DNA of 63,158 bases, counting the filler, from Bigelowiella natans CCMP2755 (lineage: Eukaryota; Protista; Cercozoa), in NCBI GenBank assembly GCA_000320545.1. It is 4 parts of 4 records of this genome, joined end to end, with 100 filler letters (N's around TTAATTAATTAA, not from the genome) between each part and the next. Parts side by side here need not be neighbours in the genome. Positions count along the whole stretch, not along the records: positions 31,862 to 52,777 come from ADNK01001708.1; positions 52,878 to 61,378 come from ADNK01003146.1; 2 more parts are not named here. One strand, 5' to 3'. The translations under genes and the position numbers were made by a program. Of this stretch, positions 40,669-53,524 are shown piece after piece. Positions within the stretch are counted from its first letter, which is position 1; every line of letters starts with the position of its first letter. Under the pieces are notes generated by a model. That model saw only the letters and a program-made list of their open reading frames with translations. It was not told the origin of the DNA and did not search any database.

Positions 40669-41570
40669 CTCCCTGTTGCAAACTAGCTTTTTCTCATTAA
40701 ATTTCGTTGATGAGGGTTGCATGCAAATGAGAACTAGAGAATGCAAAATGGAGCAAAGTGTGGCATGTGAACGGAGCCAATCATGATCACCATCGTCTAG
40801 CCATGTGTTGAGCATGGATCTCGTGGATGCATGCAACAATGTCACAGAGTGTGGCCATGTGGTGGACACATGCGCAGGTAGTGTCCGTGCTAGCGTGTGC
40901 TGTGAAGTGATGCAAAATGATCATTGTGCGTTGTCCGCAAGAATTTGAGTGCATTTGATGCAAATTGATGAAACAAAAAACTGCAGTTGCTTGCGTGCAA
41001 GTGAACGACGCATGTGTGATGCAGGTAGCAGTTCGGCCTTTAGCTTGATTGAGCAGCGATCCAACGTTGCAGTCCAGACAGTGCGTGTGTGTGATTGCGC
41101 TCCCAAACAAGACTGGAAGAAGGACAATGTCAAAGACAACAATGAAAAACAACGTTTCCAAAGTGTTGCAAGACACTTGCAGTGCACGAGACGCAGTGCC
41201 TCGAACCATCTGTAGTGAGGACTAACTGGTGAAGACCAGCAGGATTTTGAAATTGGCACACTAGCTGTCTAGCTGTCATGAACAATGAACAATGAACAAT
41301 GAACAATGAACAATGAACAATGAACAAAGCGTTGATCAAATCTACATGCGCCAGAACCACATGGGAGACAGGCTGTCATGCACATGGAGCCATGACCATG
41401 GCAACGTTGTGGCGGCGACGCAAAGCATGTGCTTTGAGCAGGACCTTCCTGAAGGCCACATCCAAGCGATGATCCACGGTCGGGTCGCCTGAGGGAGCAC
41501 CAAGCAGGACTTTTGTTTCGCTGGAATCAGAAGCGTGGAGAAAGGAGGAAACAGGCCTGCCAGGACCCAG
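40669..41570. other. TpA-depleted intergenic island with dispersed repeat
   Basis: Starts at the AlkB stop codon. Nearly all surviving TAs are ctag, gtag, ttag, ctaa or ctac. Confidence 0.85.
41279..41375 (+). repeat. (TGAACAA)7 plus 48-bp unique tail, shared with 60910-60985
   Basis: Direct visual alignment; 3 mismatches in the 48-bp tail. Confidence 0.9.
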
Positions 41571-41729
41571 GTCTGTGCTCATTCTTTCGGAAATGATGAA
41601 TTTCCCATGGATTTCTCACCTGCGACAACATGTCAGACCAATTATCTGATGGAAATCGTGGAGATTTTCTCCATCAGCTTCGCCTCGCAGATTCCGACCC
41701 GTCCTCCCCTCCCGCTCTCGCAGTTCGCA

Positions 41730-42726
41730 ATGGCAGCGGTATGTAATGTGACACTTGTTGAAAAGGTTTTCGTGCATTGTTCTGCCGCTTTCGCCGAACT
41801 CTTACTGACAAACAAACATGGGCTACGATAACCCGTGAAATGCCTCCTCGCAGCGATCGAGCGTACGCGCGTTAAGGTCGGGATGTGCTCGTGCAGCGAC
41901 TGTGCGTCAAAGCAGTACCGCGAAAAGGGAGAGCGTGCATAGCCATGAGACGCAGCACTACAAGGAAGTCACGTCTGTGTATGACTCGAATTTCTTCTAT
42001 GGACCAGAAATGAAGGAGTTTCAGGTGAATATTGTGAAGGAAATCGTATCGAAAGGGCTCGCCGGGAAGGGCAGCATCTCTGATCTCTCGTTTGCAGATC
42101 TAGGAGGGGGTACGGGAGTTTTCTCTAGCCTTGTCCACAAAACGCTTGGCCTGAAGAAAGACATTCTGTGCATTGACCCCTCGAAGTCGATGCTTGCGAA
42201 GGCGAAAGATCTAGAAGGAGTCCAAACACTTTGCTGCGGCGCGCTTGAGTTTGCAGAAGGAGTAGAGGACGCCTCCTTCGATGTTGTGCTGATGAAGGAA
42301 ATGATTCATCACCTGGATCTGAAAGAGGCAGGGCAGGTCTTCTCGAAGCTGAAAAGGGGAATGAAGTCGGGCGGCCAGTGTGTTCTGATGACTCGCCCCC
42401 TCGACCCAGATTACCCCTTCTTCGATAAAGCAATGAAAGTCTGGAAAGACAACGCGACCTCCTCCAAAACCATCATGGATCTGCTCACGAAGGCTGGATT
42501 TGAAAAAGCGAATGCCACTGTGCATAGCACTCCCGTCGTGTTGAACAAGGAGAAGTGGATGGAGATGGTGCGGAGTCGGTTCTGGTCGACGTTCTCGCGG
42601 GCACACTTTAATGATGAAGAACTTGGGGCGGGGATTGAAGAGATCGGCAAAAGGTATGCGGCTAATAAGGACGGCAGCCTTACTTTCGAGGAGCGGATGG
42701 TTGTCGTACAGGCCATTAAGCCATGA
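41730..42726 (+). CDS. Class I SAM-dependent methyltransferase; probable join(41730..41738,41854..42726)
   Basis: Motif I FADLGGGTG, CIDPSKSML, FDVVLMKEMIHHL. An in-frame GT-AG intron adds the N-terminus MAARSSVRALRSGCARAATVRQSS. Confidence 0.85.
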
Positions 42727-43457
42727 ATATTCAAAAAATTAAGATTAAATAAAAAGCAACAATATGCGACCTATACGAGGGCCGCTGCTATACTGCTAAT
42801 CGACTAATAAATCTGGTATGCAGCATGCACATTCATCTGATCGAGACAGGGTCGCATATTAGGCCGATGCAGGCATACGGCTTTTCATGCCCACGACGTG
42901 CACTGTGCTGATGACGACAGCGCATTACTACAGTTCAGCAATAGCCAAGCATACTCTATGTGCGTGCGGGCATGCAAGCTTTATTATGAAAGCTTCCTAA
43001 CAGCTAAGGCCATGCTGCATTGGGCTCAGAACAGGCGTTTGTGTGATACAGTAGTACAGCACATGCTATCATAGCTATAGCAGAGCCGCACGCATGTACG
43101 TGATGTTCAAATCTAGTGAGCGCTAATAAGTACGTACACATCGTATGTGCATATCCCACCGCCGCCATGTTAACGTGCGAGCTAGGATTATGAGCTCAAC
43201 TACACGTATACAGTTGCGAGTGTGCGCTCGCGCGTTGTACGCGACGCGCGCGCTGTTAATAATGCAACGTGCTATGTTCGACCTCAACATCACATATATA
43301 CCTAACGTATAATGCGTCACACATGTGTAGATCGCAAGCCACGAGAGTAACCGCTGGCGATGAAATAACATTTCAAGATTAGATGTATGAGCGCCACGTT
43401 GAGCAAGTGCACACCTGCGCGACATAGCCTTGCAATTAAAATAACCTTCTACTGTCA

Positions 43458-43902
43458 TCATCCATCCTCTTCATCGATGTCGAATGAGAATCGGAAGTCT
43501 CCGCCATCATCATCATCATCATCATCATCGTTATTATTTCTTTCTGCGCTATTTCCACCGCCAGTGATGCCACAATCCATGGCGTCACCATCGCCATTTC
43601 CAGTCTTACCGACAGCGCCTTGCCCTCCAGCCGACACGGAAGTGCCGTGCGGCACAAACGTTTGGTAAATCTCAGGGTGGTTCTCCTTCAGCGATTGAAC
43701 GAACTCCTCGCGGAAATTGGCTCGCCTGTGCTTTGGAATCCCAGAGACCTGAGGATTATTAACCTTTGATTCTGGAATGAAGAAGCTCGTCTCTCTTCTC
43801 TCTTCGCGCCTCAAACAGCAGCAATGCGCCAATGGTGCGCACAAAAACCCACCCCCTCTGTAAATGGTGAGAATTCAGCGGGTTCAAAGGCGGAAATATT
43901 AT

Positions 43903-43943
<41 letters not shown>

Positions 43944-44177
43944 CATATATCTAATATATATAAATATATATATTATATTCAGAGAGAATGATCGGCGGAG
44001 GAGAACACAGAGACACAACGAAGGAGCCCAACCAGCTCAGGAAGCCTCAACGCTTTCAGTGTGCGCTGCAGGTTGCTCGTGCTGACGTAGTTCTGCGTAA
44101 TCGCGATCGAATCCTTCAGGTTAAGAACGCAGTGCCACCACCCTGGATACAAACCCAACAACAGTGACCATGCCGCC

Positions 44178-44216
<39 letters not shown>

Positions 44217-44922
44217 TGATGCTCTCTGTTTTCGCGAGGGCGATGATGACGAATACGAAATGAAAAGAACAAGGTAGTGAAGGCAATCGCCCTGCTGGCA
44301 TGGCGTTCGTAACAATGCGGTGCACAACCAGAAGGAACGAACACGATGTCGCCTGGATTCTGGACGCACTCGATAACTTCCACGCCCATTTCCGGCAGCT
44401 GGTGATAGTAGTTTATGAACCTAAAACCCAGGCGCGTGCAAAGTGTGCATTTGTGTGTGCTTGGAAACCATGCTCCTAAATAATGCCAAACCCCCCCCTC
44501 TCCCCCAGACCGCGACTACGAGATAAAAACGTCGATGTTGGCTGTTTGGGACAGTGTGCCCATGCGCGCGGAGCCGAGTTCAGGCTCCGTAGGCTAGGGG
44601 AGAGTCCTTGCTGCGCGAAACCCATCGATCTCGTTCGCATGTTTTCCCGGTTGCGAAATGCACCGCGCCCACTGGCGTTTTGGTTCGCAATGGTCGTTTC
44701 AAAAGAAAAAGGCTTCAAAGGCTTTAAAAAAAAAAAAAGGGGGAAAAGAGAAGAAGATGGAGGGAAAATCTTTGCAGATACCACTCAACTAGCGACACGG
44801 GGGCCGTCACGTCAACCCCATCTTGACTCGCCAACACGCCTACGGGAGGCCGCCCAGGTGGCAGCAAAATCCATTTCTTCCTACCGCGCACACAAGCGTT
44901 CCAGGCCGATGTGCCTACGCAG

Positions 44923-44956
<34 letters not shown>

Positions 44957-45307
44957 CATCGTCAGTCATGATTGCCTCTTTCTAGGACGAATGCAACCGA
45001 AGAAAACGCGATTTAAGAGAACTACAACCGTTCGGGTCTTTGTGAAACGTGCTGCCCGATCTTTTCGGGCCCATAATAAGCCATCTGAGCCCCACAGCAC
45101 CCGAGGCGAGTGGCGAGAAGAAGAGGGAGGTTAGGTAGAAGAGAAAGAGGAAGAGAAAGAAGAAGAAGAAGAAGAAGAAGGAGGAGGTGGAGGAGGAGGA
45201 GGAAGAGGAAGAGGACAAGAATGTGAATTCGCGTAGCAGCATACTTACACACGCCACTAATATATAAAACACACGCATAAACACGCACACACAACATACA
45301 CACATTA

Positions 45308-45349
<42 letters not shown>

Positions 45350-45614
45350 ACCTAAAATCTGGCCTCTTCTCTTTGAGGGAGGAGAAGAGGTCTCGCTCAG
45401 CAGAAAAGTACGGGGGGATCTGATAGGCAGCGCCAAGCTCAGGATCGACCTATGTGAAGAAGAAACCATCAGTACGCGACACGCATACAGTAAGAAGAGC
45501 AATAGGCCAATTACTTGATTCGGTTATACATGCATTTCAATGCTAACAATATATAAATTCATATATATATATATATTTATTTATTTATTTATTTTTATTA
45601 TATGGTGTGCAGCA

Positions 45615-45698
<84 letters not shown>

Positions 45699-47899
45699 CG
45701 CATATGAAAGGAGTGCACCTTTGCGAATTCTTTATCAAATAAATAGAGAGTCTGGTCGTCCTCCGCCATAACCATGTACCGCAAGTAGCTTTCCAGCCGC
45801 ATCTTGTACCCGCCAACAGAAAAGCGTTTTTCACCGTATCTTTGGCGAAGAAACTCCACATCCCACTTTCGAAAGGCCTCCCACCCTTCCATCGCCCCGG
45901 AAATAACCAACTGGACAAAGAGGGGGGGGAGGGGGGGGGGGGGGTACCGATTCAATGATTCAAGACTAACAGAACAGTTTTTCCATACTACGGCGCGTGG
46001 TATGGGGCGGGGTCTCGTGGGCAGACTTCTCATGCGCAAATCATGTAAAAGAAAAGCTGTATTCTTCGCATGTTTACCGGGCGATTCTTGGATTCGAAGC
46101 GATCCACAAACTCACCGACGCTGAGGCTCGAGGCGTTGCGACGGACGATGTTCTCCCTCCGGCCTGCAGAGGGAAGAAGAAGAAGAAGAAGAAGAAGAAG
46201 AAGAAGATGAATGCGGTGAGAACCACGAGGAAGATGTGCAGGAAAGGAAGAGGAAAAAGGTGCTCAGTTTGGTCCCATAGCGAGTAGAGCGAAGGCGGAC
46301 TAGCACACCGTCCAGCTGAATGCAGTGAGAGACAGGCATTGATAATGCCCACCACGCTTCCCAGCGCAATATCTCCCAAACGTATGTTTTCTTCGATAAG
46401 CTCCGCTCATTTTGGTTTTTTTTGGAGAGTTTACAGCCGTGTTTCGGCTCCTCTTGTTCGGTTATATAGTAAGAACTCTACAACTACTACTACTACTACT
46501 ACTACTACTATTACCACTACCACTCACTGCCCATAACAATTAACGATAATATGAATCATATGAATCAATGCTACGACCCCATTCCGGCCTCAGCGCTGCG
46601 CTCTTGCACAACCACGAGTGAAAGAGCACGTCAGACACCACTCCGGAGTCAAACGATAGGTGTTTCTTCTTCTCCATCACCGTGAGGCCCTCAAAGCTTG
46701 AGCCGCTGCTCTTCCAATCATTGCCGCTTTGCTGATCGTTTTCCTCCGTTTTGGAGGAGGATTTGGAGAGGAGCTTCGTGGCCTTGTACGTGCCTCGCCA
46801 GCTGAGAACAATATATATATATATATATATTGTGTGTGTGTGTGTGTGTGATTTTGGTGTGTTTCACCTGAGATGCCACTGAAATTCGCATCCAAAATCT
46901 TGCAAAACCACGACCCGCCTATATGCAGGGACATCGTCGTTCAATGTGAGGAGGAGGTGGTGGTGGTGGAGGAGGAAGAGGAGGAGGAGCGAGTTCGTGC
47001 ATGCTGTATTTTGCTAGTGCGCACGCTGGCAGCGTGCGCTGACGATTAACAATCCGAAAGAAGGGGAGGAGGACAACACTTGTAAACAGAAATGTGCCAC
47101 GCGAAGCTTGCGGCTGTTTTCACTGCTACCATATATCGTCGTGAAATGTGTATGCACACAATGCCTTGTTGGCCGCTGCTAGCCTGCACAGGTCCTGGTT
47201 GTACATGGAAGAGAAGCGTGTTTACTGCAGCAGCTGTTGATCAAATAAATACGGGACTTTCTACTGAATGCCACGTGGCAAATGTACGTCGACTAGAAAA
47301 TAAGCAAGATCTTTGCAAAACCCCACGTTTTGCTTCAAACTATGGCTCGAAAATACCCCGAGCGTTCCACGCACTTTCTTGCTCTCGAAAGTGCTCCCCC
47401 CCCCCCCTCCCCCGCCCTTCCCGTTTCCTCCCCAGAATACCTTTGAATTGAGAAAATAAAGTATTTCTATCAGCGTTTTGTCGTCCAGAATACGAAGCTT
47501 TCCCAGATTTCTGATGGGACCGCCGCCCCCTGTATATGTAGTGCAAAAAGCAGCTATATGTCTGTGTGCACGTTGCCTGTATGTTTAACTCGTGAAGGTC
47601 ATGAAAGCGACCCACGGCGCTACTGTTCGAATGAAACGATTAGTAATGACGAGGAGCGCTGTGGATGTTTATGTTTCAATGAGCTTTATGATCGGTTTAG
47701 CGCGGTGTTCACCATGCAGATTCGATGCGAGGTGCATCCCGTACGTACGCACGCCTAACGGGTGCCTCCAAACAACGTGGGCTCTCTCATCCTGAAGCCC
47801 CTTCGCCTCGCCTCCAATCGCCGAAGAACCATCTCCACGGTCCCCTTTCTTACCACCCACTCGCTGTCTTTTTTGGGGGGGGGCACCTCGGGGCTGCAT
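43458..47899 (-). CDS. F-box + JmjC protein (JMJD6/plant JMJ22-like), multi-exon
   Basis: HPLGV; F-box LGKLRILDDKTLIEILYFL|DLCRLAAANKALCAY; SDVLFHSWLC; EFVDRFESKNRP|LVISGAMEGWEAFRKW; LYLFDK; RWLIMGPKRSGSTFHKDPN|TSAWNA..GRKKWIL; QNPGDIVFVPSG|WWHCVLNL..AITQNYV. Confidence 0.88.
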
Positions 47900-48049
47900 C
47901 AGGCTTTCGGATGTTGTTTTGAGTCAGAAGACTGTAAGGCGATTTTCACCTGCGACTTTCATATATTTCTTGTCGCACAAAAATATCGCTGGATTGTATT
48001 ATTTGACTTGTGCGACATGTGATGAAATGTGACGCCGAGATAAAATGGC

Positions 48050-48640
48050 TTAAAAACCAAACTGAATCCATCTGTCCAAAAATCAAGCCGGATACATCTG
48101 GTCTCTTTTCGCCTGTTCGGGCTCGTCCCGCATGTGCAAGTGAGCGCTCGCTACCAGGCTAGCCCGGCTCTGCTTCACACCTTAGCACTCCAATTGCACA
48201 GCATCGACGGGCCGGCTTCACGGCAATCATTCATTCATCGTTCGGCTTGACGAACATCTCGTTGAGTTCGCTAACATGAGATCTTGCAATGCCACATGCA
48301 TGAGCTCGAACGATTGTGACGTACCGACTCACTGAGCACCCATGCGCTAGCTAGCTAGCGATGTGGCTTGGGCATCATTGCTTGCATGCGCAAGTTTGTT
48401 TGGTTCGAACCTGCTCAATTGTGATGATACTATGGCAGCATGCTCTCTGCTAAGCACTAGAGCATGTGCGCCAGCAAGCAGGTGGACATGCATCAACACA
48501 CAGTGAGCTGCACTCTGCATGGCCATGGTTTCCCTGGCTCAATTTCAACAAAGCAGCAATGATAAGTCTAACCCAGCAGTGTGATTGGTGCTCTACTAGT
48601 CAGTGATGCCGTCAGGCCAGCTAAGAAATGGCGTTTTCGA
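48050..48640. other. TpA-depleted intergenic island
   Basis: TG/CA-rich with gctagctagctagc; few non-CTA/TAG TAs. Confidence 0.7.
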
Positions 48641-49573
48641 GTCCAGGCTAGATCCAATCAGCTTTTCCGCCAAAGAAATGATGGCTTGCCATTGGCGAAA
48701 TGACTCTATCACACCGAACGAAGAAAGCCCAAGCGCGAACATGCGCGCCCACACGGGCGCTTTCATGACCAGACTTATACCAAAGGAGACTGTGAAGCTT
48801 ATCAGGCATAAAAGGAAGCTCTTATAGCCGGACTGGCGGAATTTGCTGGTCGCGAGGATGAAGTTTTCGTAGCTGCCAGAAGTAAAACAGTTGGGTCAGT
48901 GTTTAACATCAATTCGAGTCAAGGTTTGATTGAGGAAGTGTGCTCATGCGGCATGGACAGGTAGTGGGGAGGGCACATGCCCAGGGAATTTTGCGTCGTC
49001 CATGAGTATCAAACAGCCCGACGAGGAAACCCTTGCCGTATATTTTCATTTCGGCAGAAAGAATGGCGGCGTGACTATTGACCTCTCTGGGAGCCCGTAG
49101 CTTAAAGCTATCTTCGAGTACACGTCAATCAAAGTAAATACAACCCTGCAACACACCGCAATAAGGAGGAGATTTGGCAATGACAACCGAGAAATTAACC
49201 ACTATGACAATTCAAGAACTATCGAATCGTACAGATGACGTTAATATTTCCGCGCGTAGCATCATGAAGGTTTTTTTGGAGCCGCGTTTAGCATGCGATT
49301 TTCAACGGCATCACCACATCAAACGCTATACAAATCCGCTAGTTACAGTAAGGAGGATTGTTTGTATCATATAGTACGGACGCTCTTCAAAGTCTTCTAA
49401 TGACAGGAGGCCTATGCATGCAGCGTGATGGTGTGTACATGCAGTTGTGATTATGGCCTTACGTCACGTACGCTCCCGAAAAAACAGATGTCCCAACGAG
49501 CACCATGAATATTACGCCAAATATTTTGTCCAGTATATGCTTTCCCTAAGCAGATGCAGATAATTATGAATGT

Positions 49574-49621
<48 letters not shown>

Positions 49622-50165
49622 TTTTATACTATATTTATTATAAAAATCCTTTACCGTGAAAGGAGTCGCTGAGTAGAGTCTCAGGCCAGCATTCATCATC
49701 AAAGCGGAGACCACGCCATAATGGTTGAGGGCTTCGAGCAGCATATCTGGCGAGTGTTGTATCTGTGGAGAGCCCCCCCACCTTTTTTTCCGTAAAGGGC
49801 TAGTTCTGGCGCTAATCATTTGCCCCTCTCCATGTCTGCTAAATTGTCCTTGGGAAAGCAGCGGGCTCGGGTATGGTCTAAATGGCAAGAAAATCCTATC
49901 TATCAGATCTAGGCTAGAATGTTCCGCGACTGCATCACATTCCCGAGCGAACGGGGATGAGTTAGTTTCGCAGATACCTTTCTAACGCTGATGATGATGA
50001 TGAGGAGGAGGAGGCTCTAGTGTGGTGGACTTGTGCAGGATAGCGGGGGCGGCAGCACTGTGGTGATAGCGCTGTCAGAAGACGGGGGGGGGGGGGACTA
50101 GGAATGGCGAGATGCGCGGTGCCTGACAGCGCCGGGAGGCTAGGAGCCATCATCATCATCATCAT
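48640..50165 (-). CDS. Hypothetical multi-pass membrane protein with long Ser/Pro/Arg-rich N-terminal leader
   Basis: Exons LEALNHYGVVSALMMNAGLRLYSATP, KIFGVIFMVLVGTSVFSGAY, VVFTLIDVYSKIALSYG, YENFILATSKFRQSGYKSFL. 3' end approximate. Confidence 0.55.
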
Positions 50166-51470
50166 TGATCGTGCGACGTGGTTACGTGCGACAGGGCTCT
50201 CCGTTGTCGAAAGTGGCTAAGATTTCCAAACGTAAGACATATCTCTGGAGCCGAACAAAGGGGATTTTAACCAGTTTTACCGTTTCGATGCGCATTCTCG
50301 GCTTCAACGGTTGGCGGTTTACCAAACGTCAACCGGCGATTTTCTTCGTAGGAAGAGACTTTAGGTTTTATGCCAAGGTTCTGGGGATTCCCTCTGGCCG
50401 AAAAGGGCCCCATTACTCGAAGACGACATCGCCAAGATCGATGTTTTCTTTAATTTCTGCTCCAAAACAACAATCGACTTAAGGAAGGGGTTCCCACAGA
50501 AGCAAATAGATGAAATGCGTTGCCTTTCTAGCCGGTGAACGCCTTTATTATTTGTCGCATGTCAAGAACCGCATTCCCAAAATAAAAACGAGCCGAAAGA
50601 GGGGTGGGGGAACGAATATGATAGGTTCCCAGGACGAAAAGAGCACCTGATTAAGCCATTTTCTGATTTTTACTAAATTAAACTTTGTCGTACCCGATAA
50701 AAGACGTAGATTTTGCCATAGAAACTCGGACGTTTGACCGAAATATGAGATGAGGCAGCATTCCCCAAACCGTATTCTACGACCGACGACCTGCAATGGC
50801 GGCGGTGCTGAGACCTCTACATCTAGCTGGTTCGCTCTCATACGTTGCACACTGCACACATGTACGAATACATACCAACGTGGAGTGGCTGTTTCTGCAG
50901 CGCGTGCTCTCGCCTCTCCCCTAATTCCAATCGAAAACCGTCAGGTTCCAAGCGACGGGACCGCAAGGGCGCTTTCCGAGTCGTCGTTTTGGTAATTGAA
51001 TTGAACGCAATGAGGTTTTCATTTGATCCGATCCCAACTATAGTGAAAGTTCATGCAGTGTTAGACTGAGAAATTTTAATTTGATTGTTGGGTAGAGTCT
51101 TGCGTTGGCAGCGGTGCTGATGTGTGTTGCTTCCTCGTGGACGTCGGCGTCGCTCGCGCCGAGGAACTCGGTGAGTAATTGCAATTTTATCGTTGTAGAA
51201 GTTAATTGTTTTTACATGATCGCTAATACTGATTCCACGGAAGTAAAGTACGATAAAATTCCTTTTCTACTCGAATTGTAATGATGGCGACGATCTTACT
51301 CGGAAGCTCTGCTTAATTGCGCGATTCACGCCTACAATCTTCATATTAATTGTATTTGCTATTGGCAATTTTCAGCTTCGTAGGGCGGCGGCAGTTCAAG
51401 AGCCTTCTGCTGCTGAAAAGCAGGATGACCCTGTTGCAAGATTCATCAAAAAGATTGCTAACAACGGGTT

Positions 51471-51519
<49 letters not shown>

Positions 51520-51539
51520 TTCTCTTTCTCCTTTCCTTC

Positions 51540-51601
<62 letters not shown>

Positions 51602-51774
51602 ACACACACACACGCACACACAAATGTAGTCCCCTTTCATATCACCCCCCACCCCCACACTTTTTGGTCTGTATCTTCGCGCGCCCCCCTCCTCCCTCTT
51701 TCATTTTTTTGGGCACAATCCGTGCATGGTTTTCGTCGGTTTGCATCGACTACTGAAGTGCTGATGGCTCGGAT

Positions 51775-52422
51775 ATGGACAGTACCTTAGCGAAAGCGAC
51801 ATCTCGATCATGCTTCGGTGTGGTCACGGGTGTATGTGCCGGCTATGCGACAAAAAAGGTAAATACTTACTTCTGCGGTTCCAAAAGGAGGGTGGGGGGG
51901 ACGCGTGCTTTTCGCGCTCGTTCTCTCCTTCTTCATCCTCTTCTTTCCGCCTGGTTGTAAGAGCCTGCACCAGTACGTGGTTGTGTATCATCGCATCGGG
52001 TGTGTTTTCTCTGACGATGAAGAAGATGATGATGATAATGGTGATGATGTTGGTTTTGATGGACGCATATCGTTTCAGATTGGCCAGACAGCAGCTGTCG
52101 TGGGGGGGGGCACGCTGCTGCTGCTTCAGGGTCTTAGCCATATCGGCATTGTGCAGGTAAATAGTATTCGTAGTGTTGTCGTTATTGTCATCACCGTGTT
52201 CCCTCCCCCTCCCCTCCCCTCCCCTCCCCCCCGCCTCTCTCTTTTTCTCTCTCTCTCTCTTACCTTCACTTCTATCTATACTTTTTTCTCACGAAGTTCA
52301 TTCAGCAAGGTTCCTCCATATATATGGTCCTCAGCTGTGTCGTTCGCTGAATTACTATTTCCAGGTTAACTGGCAGAAGGTGCAGAGCATGTTCGGCAAG
52401 TACACCGACCTGAACAAAGATG
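51775..52422 (+). CDS. FUN14: FUN14/FUNDC-family membrane protein, 3' end lost at gap; possible upstream exons from about 51096
   Basis: FGVVTGVCAGYATKK|IGQTAAVVGGGTLLLLQGLSHIGIVQ|VNWQKV is the FUN14 signature (GxxxGxxxGYxxKK.G..AA...G...LLQ...H.GxIxVNW.KV). Confidence 0.85.
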
Positions 52423-52776
52423 GTAATGCGCCGATTAAGATTGCGGTGCTGGCGCCGAGCATCTAGAAAGAGAGCGAGGGAGAGGGAGAGAGGTGTCCAA
52501 TTCCACGAAATCTTAAAAAGTACGCGCATTACCTTTGCTGAGTACCACGTCTTCCAAATATACGTGCTTGGTGAGAGGCCACCACATGGAAAGTGTTTGG
52601 ATCGATCTCAGAGCCAAATATCGAATTGCAGCAGTTCGTGTTGTTTATCTCTCTTTCTCTCTCTCTCTCTCTCTCCCCCCCCCCCCCAAACGGGGGGGGG
52701 GGTTTTTTGGGGGGGCGCTTATTCTTCGGAAGCTAATAATGGGAGTGTTTTTTGGGTAGATGGGGACAGGGGAAAA

Positions 52777-52877
52777 ANNNNNNNNNNNNNNNNNNNNNNN
52801 NNNNNNNNNNNNNNNNNNNNNTTAATTAATTAANNNNNNNNNNNNNNNNNNNNNNNNNNNNNNNNNNNNNNNNNNNN
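52777..52877. other. Artificial contig-join linker
   Basis: N-run with TTAATTAATTAA. Confidence 0.95.
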
Positions 52878-53049
52878 CTGGGGTGGAACCGCGCGCTTAC
52901 CCAACTGTCTTCTTTTATGGGTGTTTTTGATTCTATTTCTATACACCTATATTATTTGAATATAAAATCAAATATAAAATATTAATATATATATATTTAT
53001 ACACATCTCTGTATAGTGTAAATACACCATTCTTTCATTTTTTTCCTCT

Positions 53050-53485
53050 CACACCTACTTCAATCTTTTCGTGCTTGTATCCACGAAGAACAACAGCTGC
53101 ACATCATCTGGGTTCTCCTTTTCATTTGAATATATTAACACGAAAGAAAGAGCGGCAGAAGGGTAAGTAAGACTCCTTATATATATATATATATATATAT
53201 ACTATATATATATATAATATTTATATTGTAGAGTCGGTTTGCGGCTAGCTCTGCCCTGACGTGCATCGAGGCGTTTGGTATGACGAGGACGTCAGGAGAA
53301 GGAGCGCCTCCATCCAAAAACCGCGTGTATAGTAAAGAATGGCTGCCAGGAGGGATTCATGAAATCGGGTTATCGATCGACCCAATTGCTAAATGATACT
53401 GAATAATCTTTGCTTCTCAGAGAATACTCTCTTCATGCTCATAGCACTGTGCATATACAATATATATATGCATATATATATATTA

Positions 53486-53524
<39 letters not shown>

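Noticed and set aside
41279-41327. (TGAACAA)n as telomeric repeat or CRISPR-like array
   Set aside because: No spacers, not a G-rich telomere motif, and internal to a dispersed repeat.
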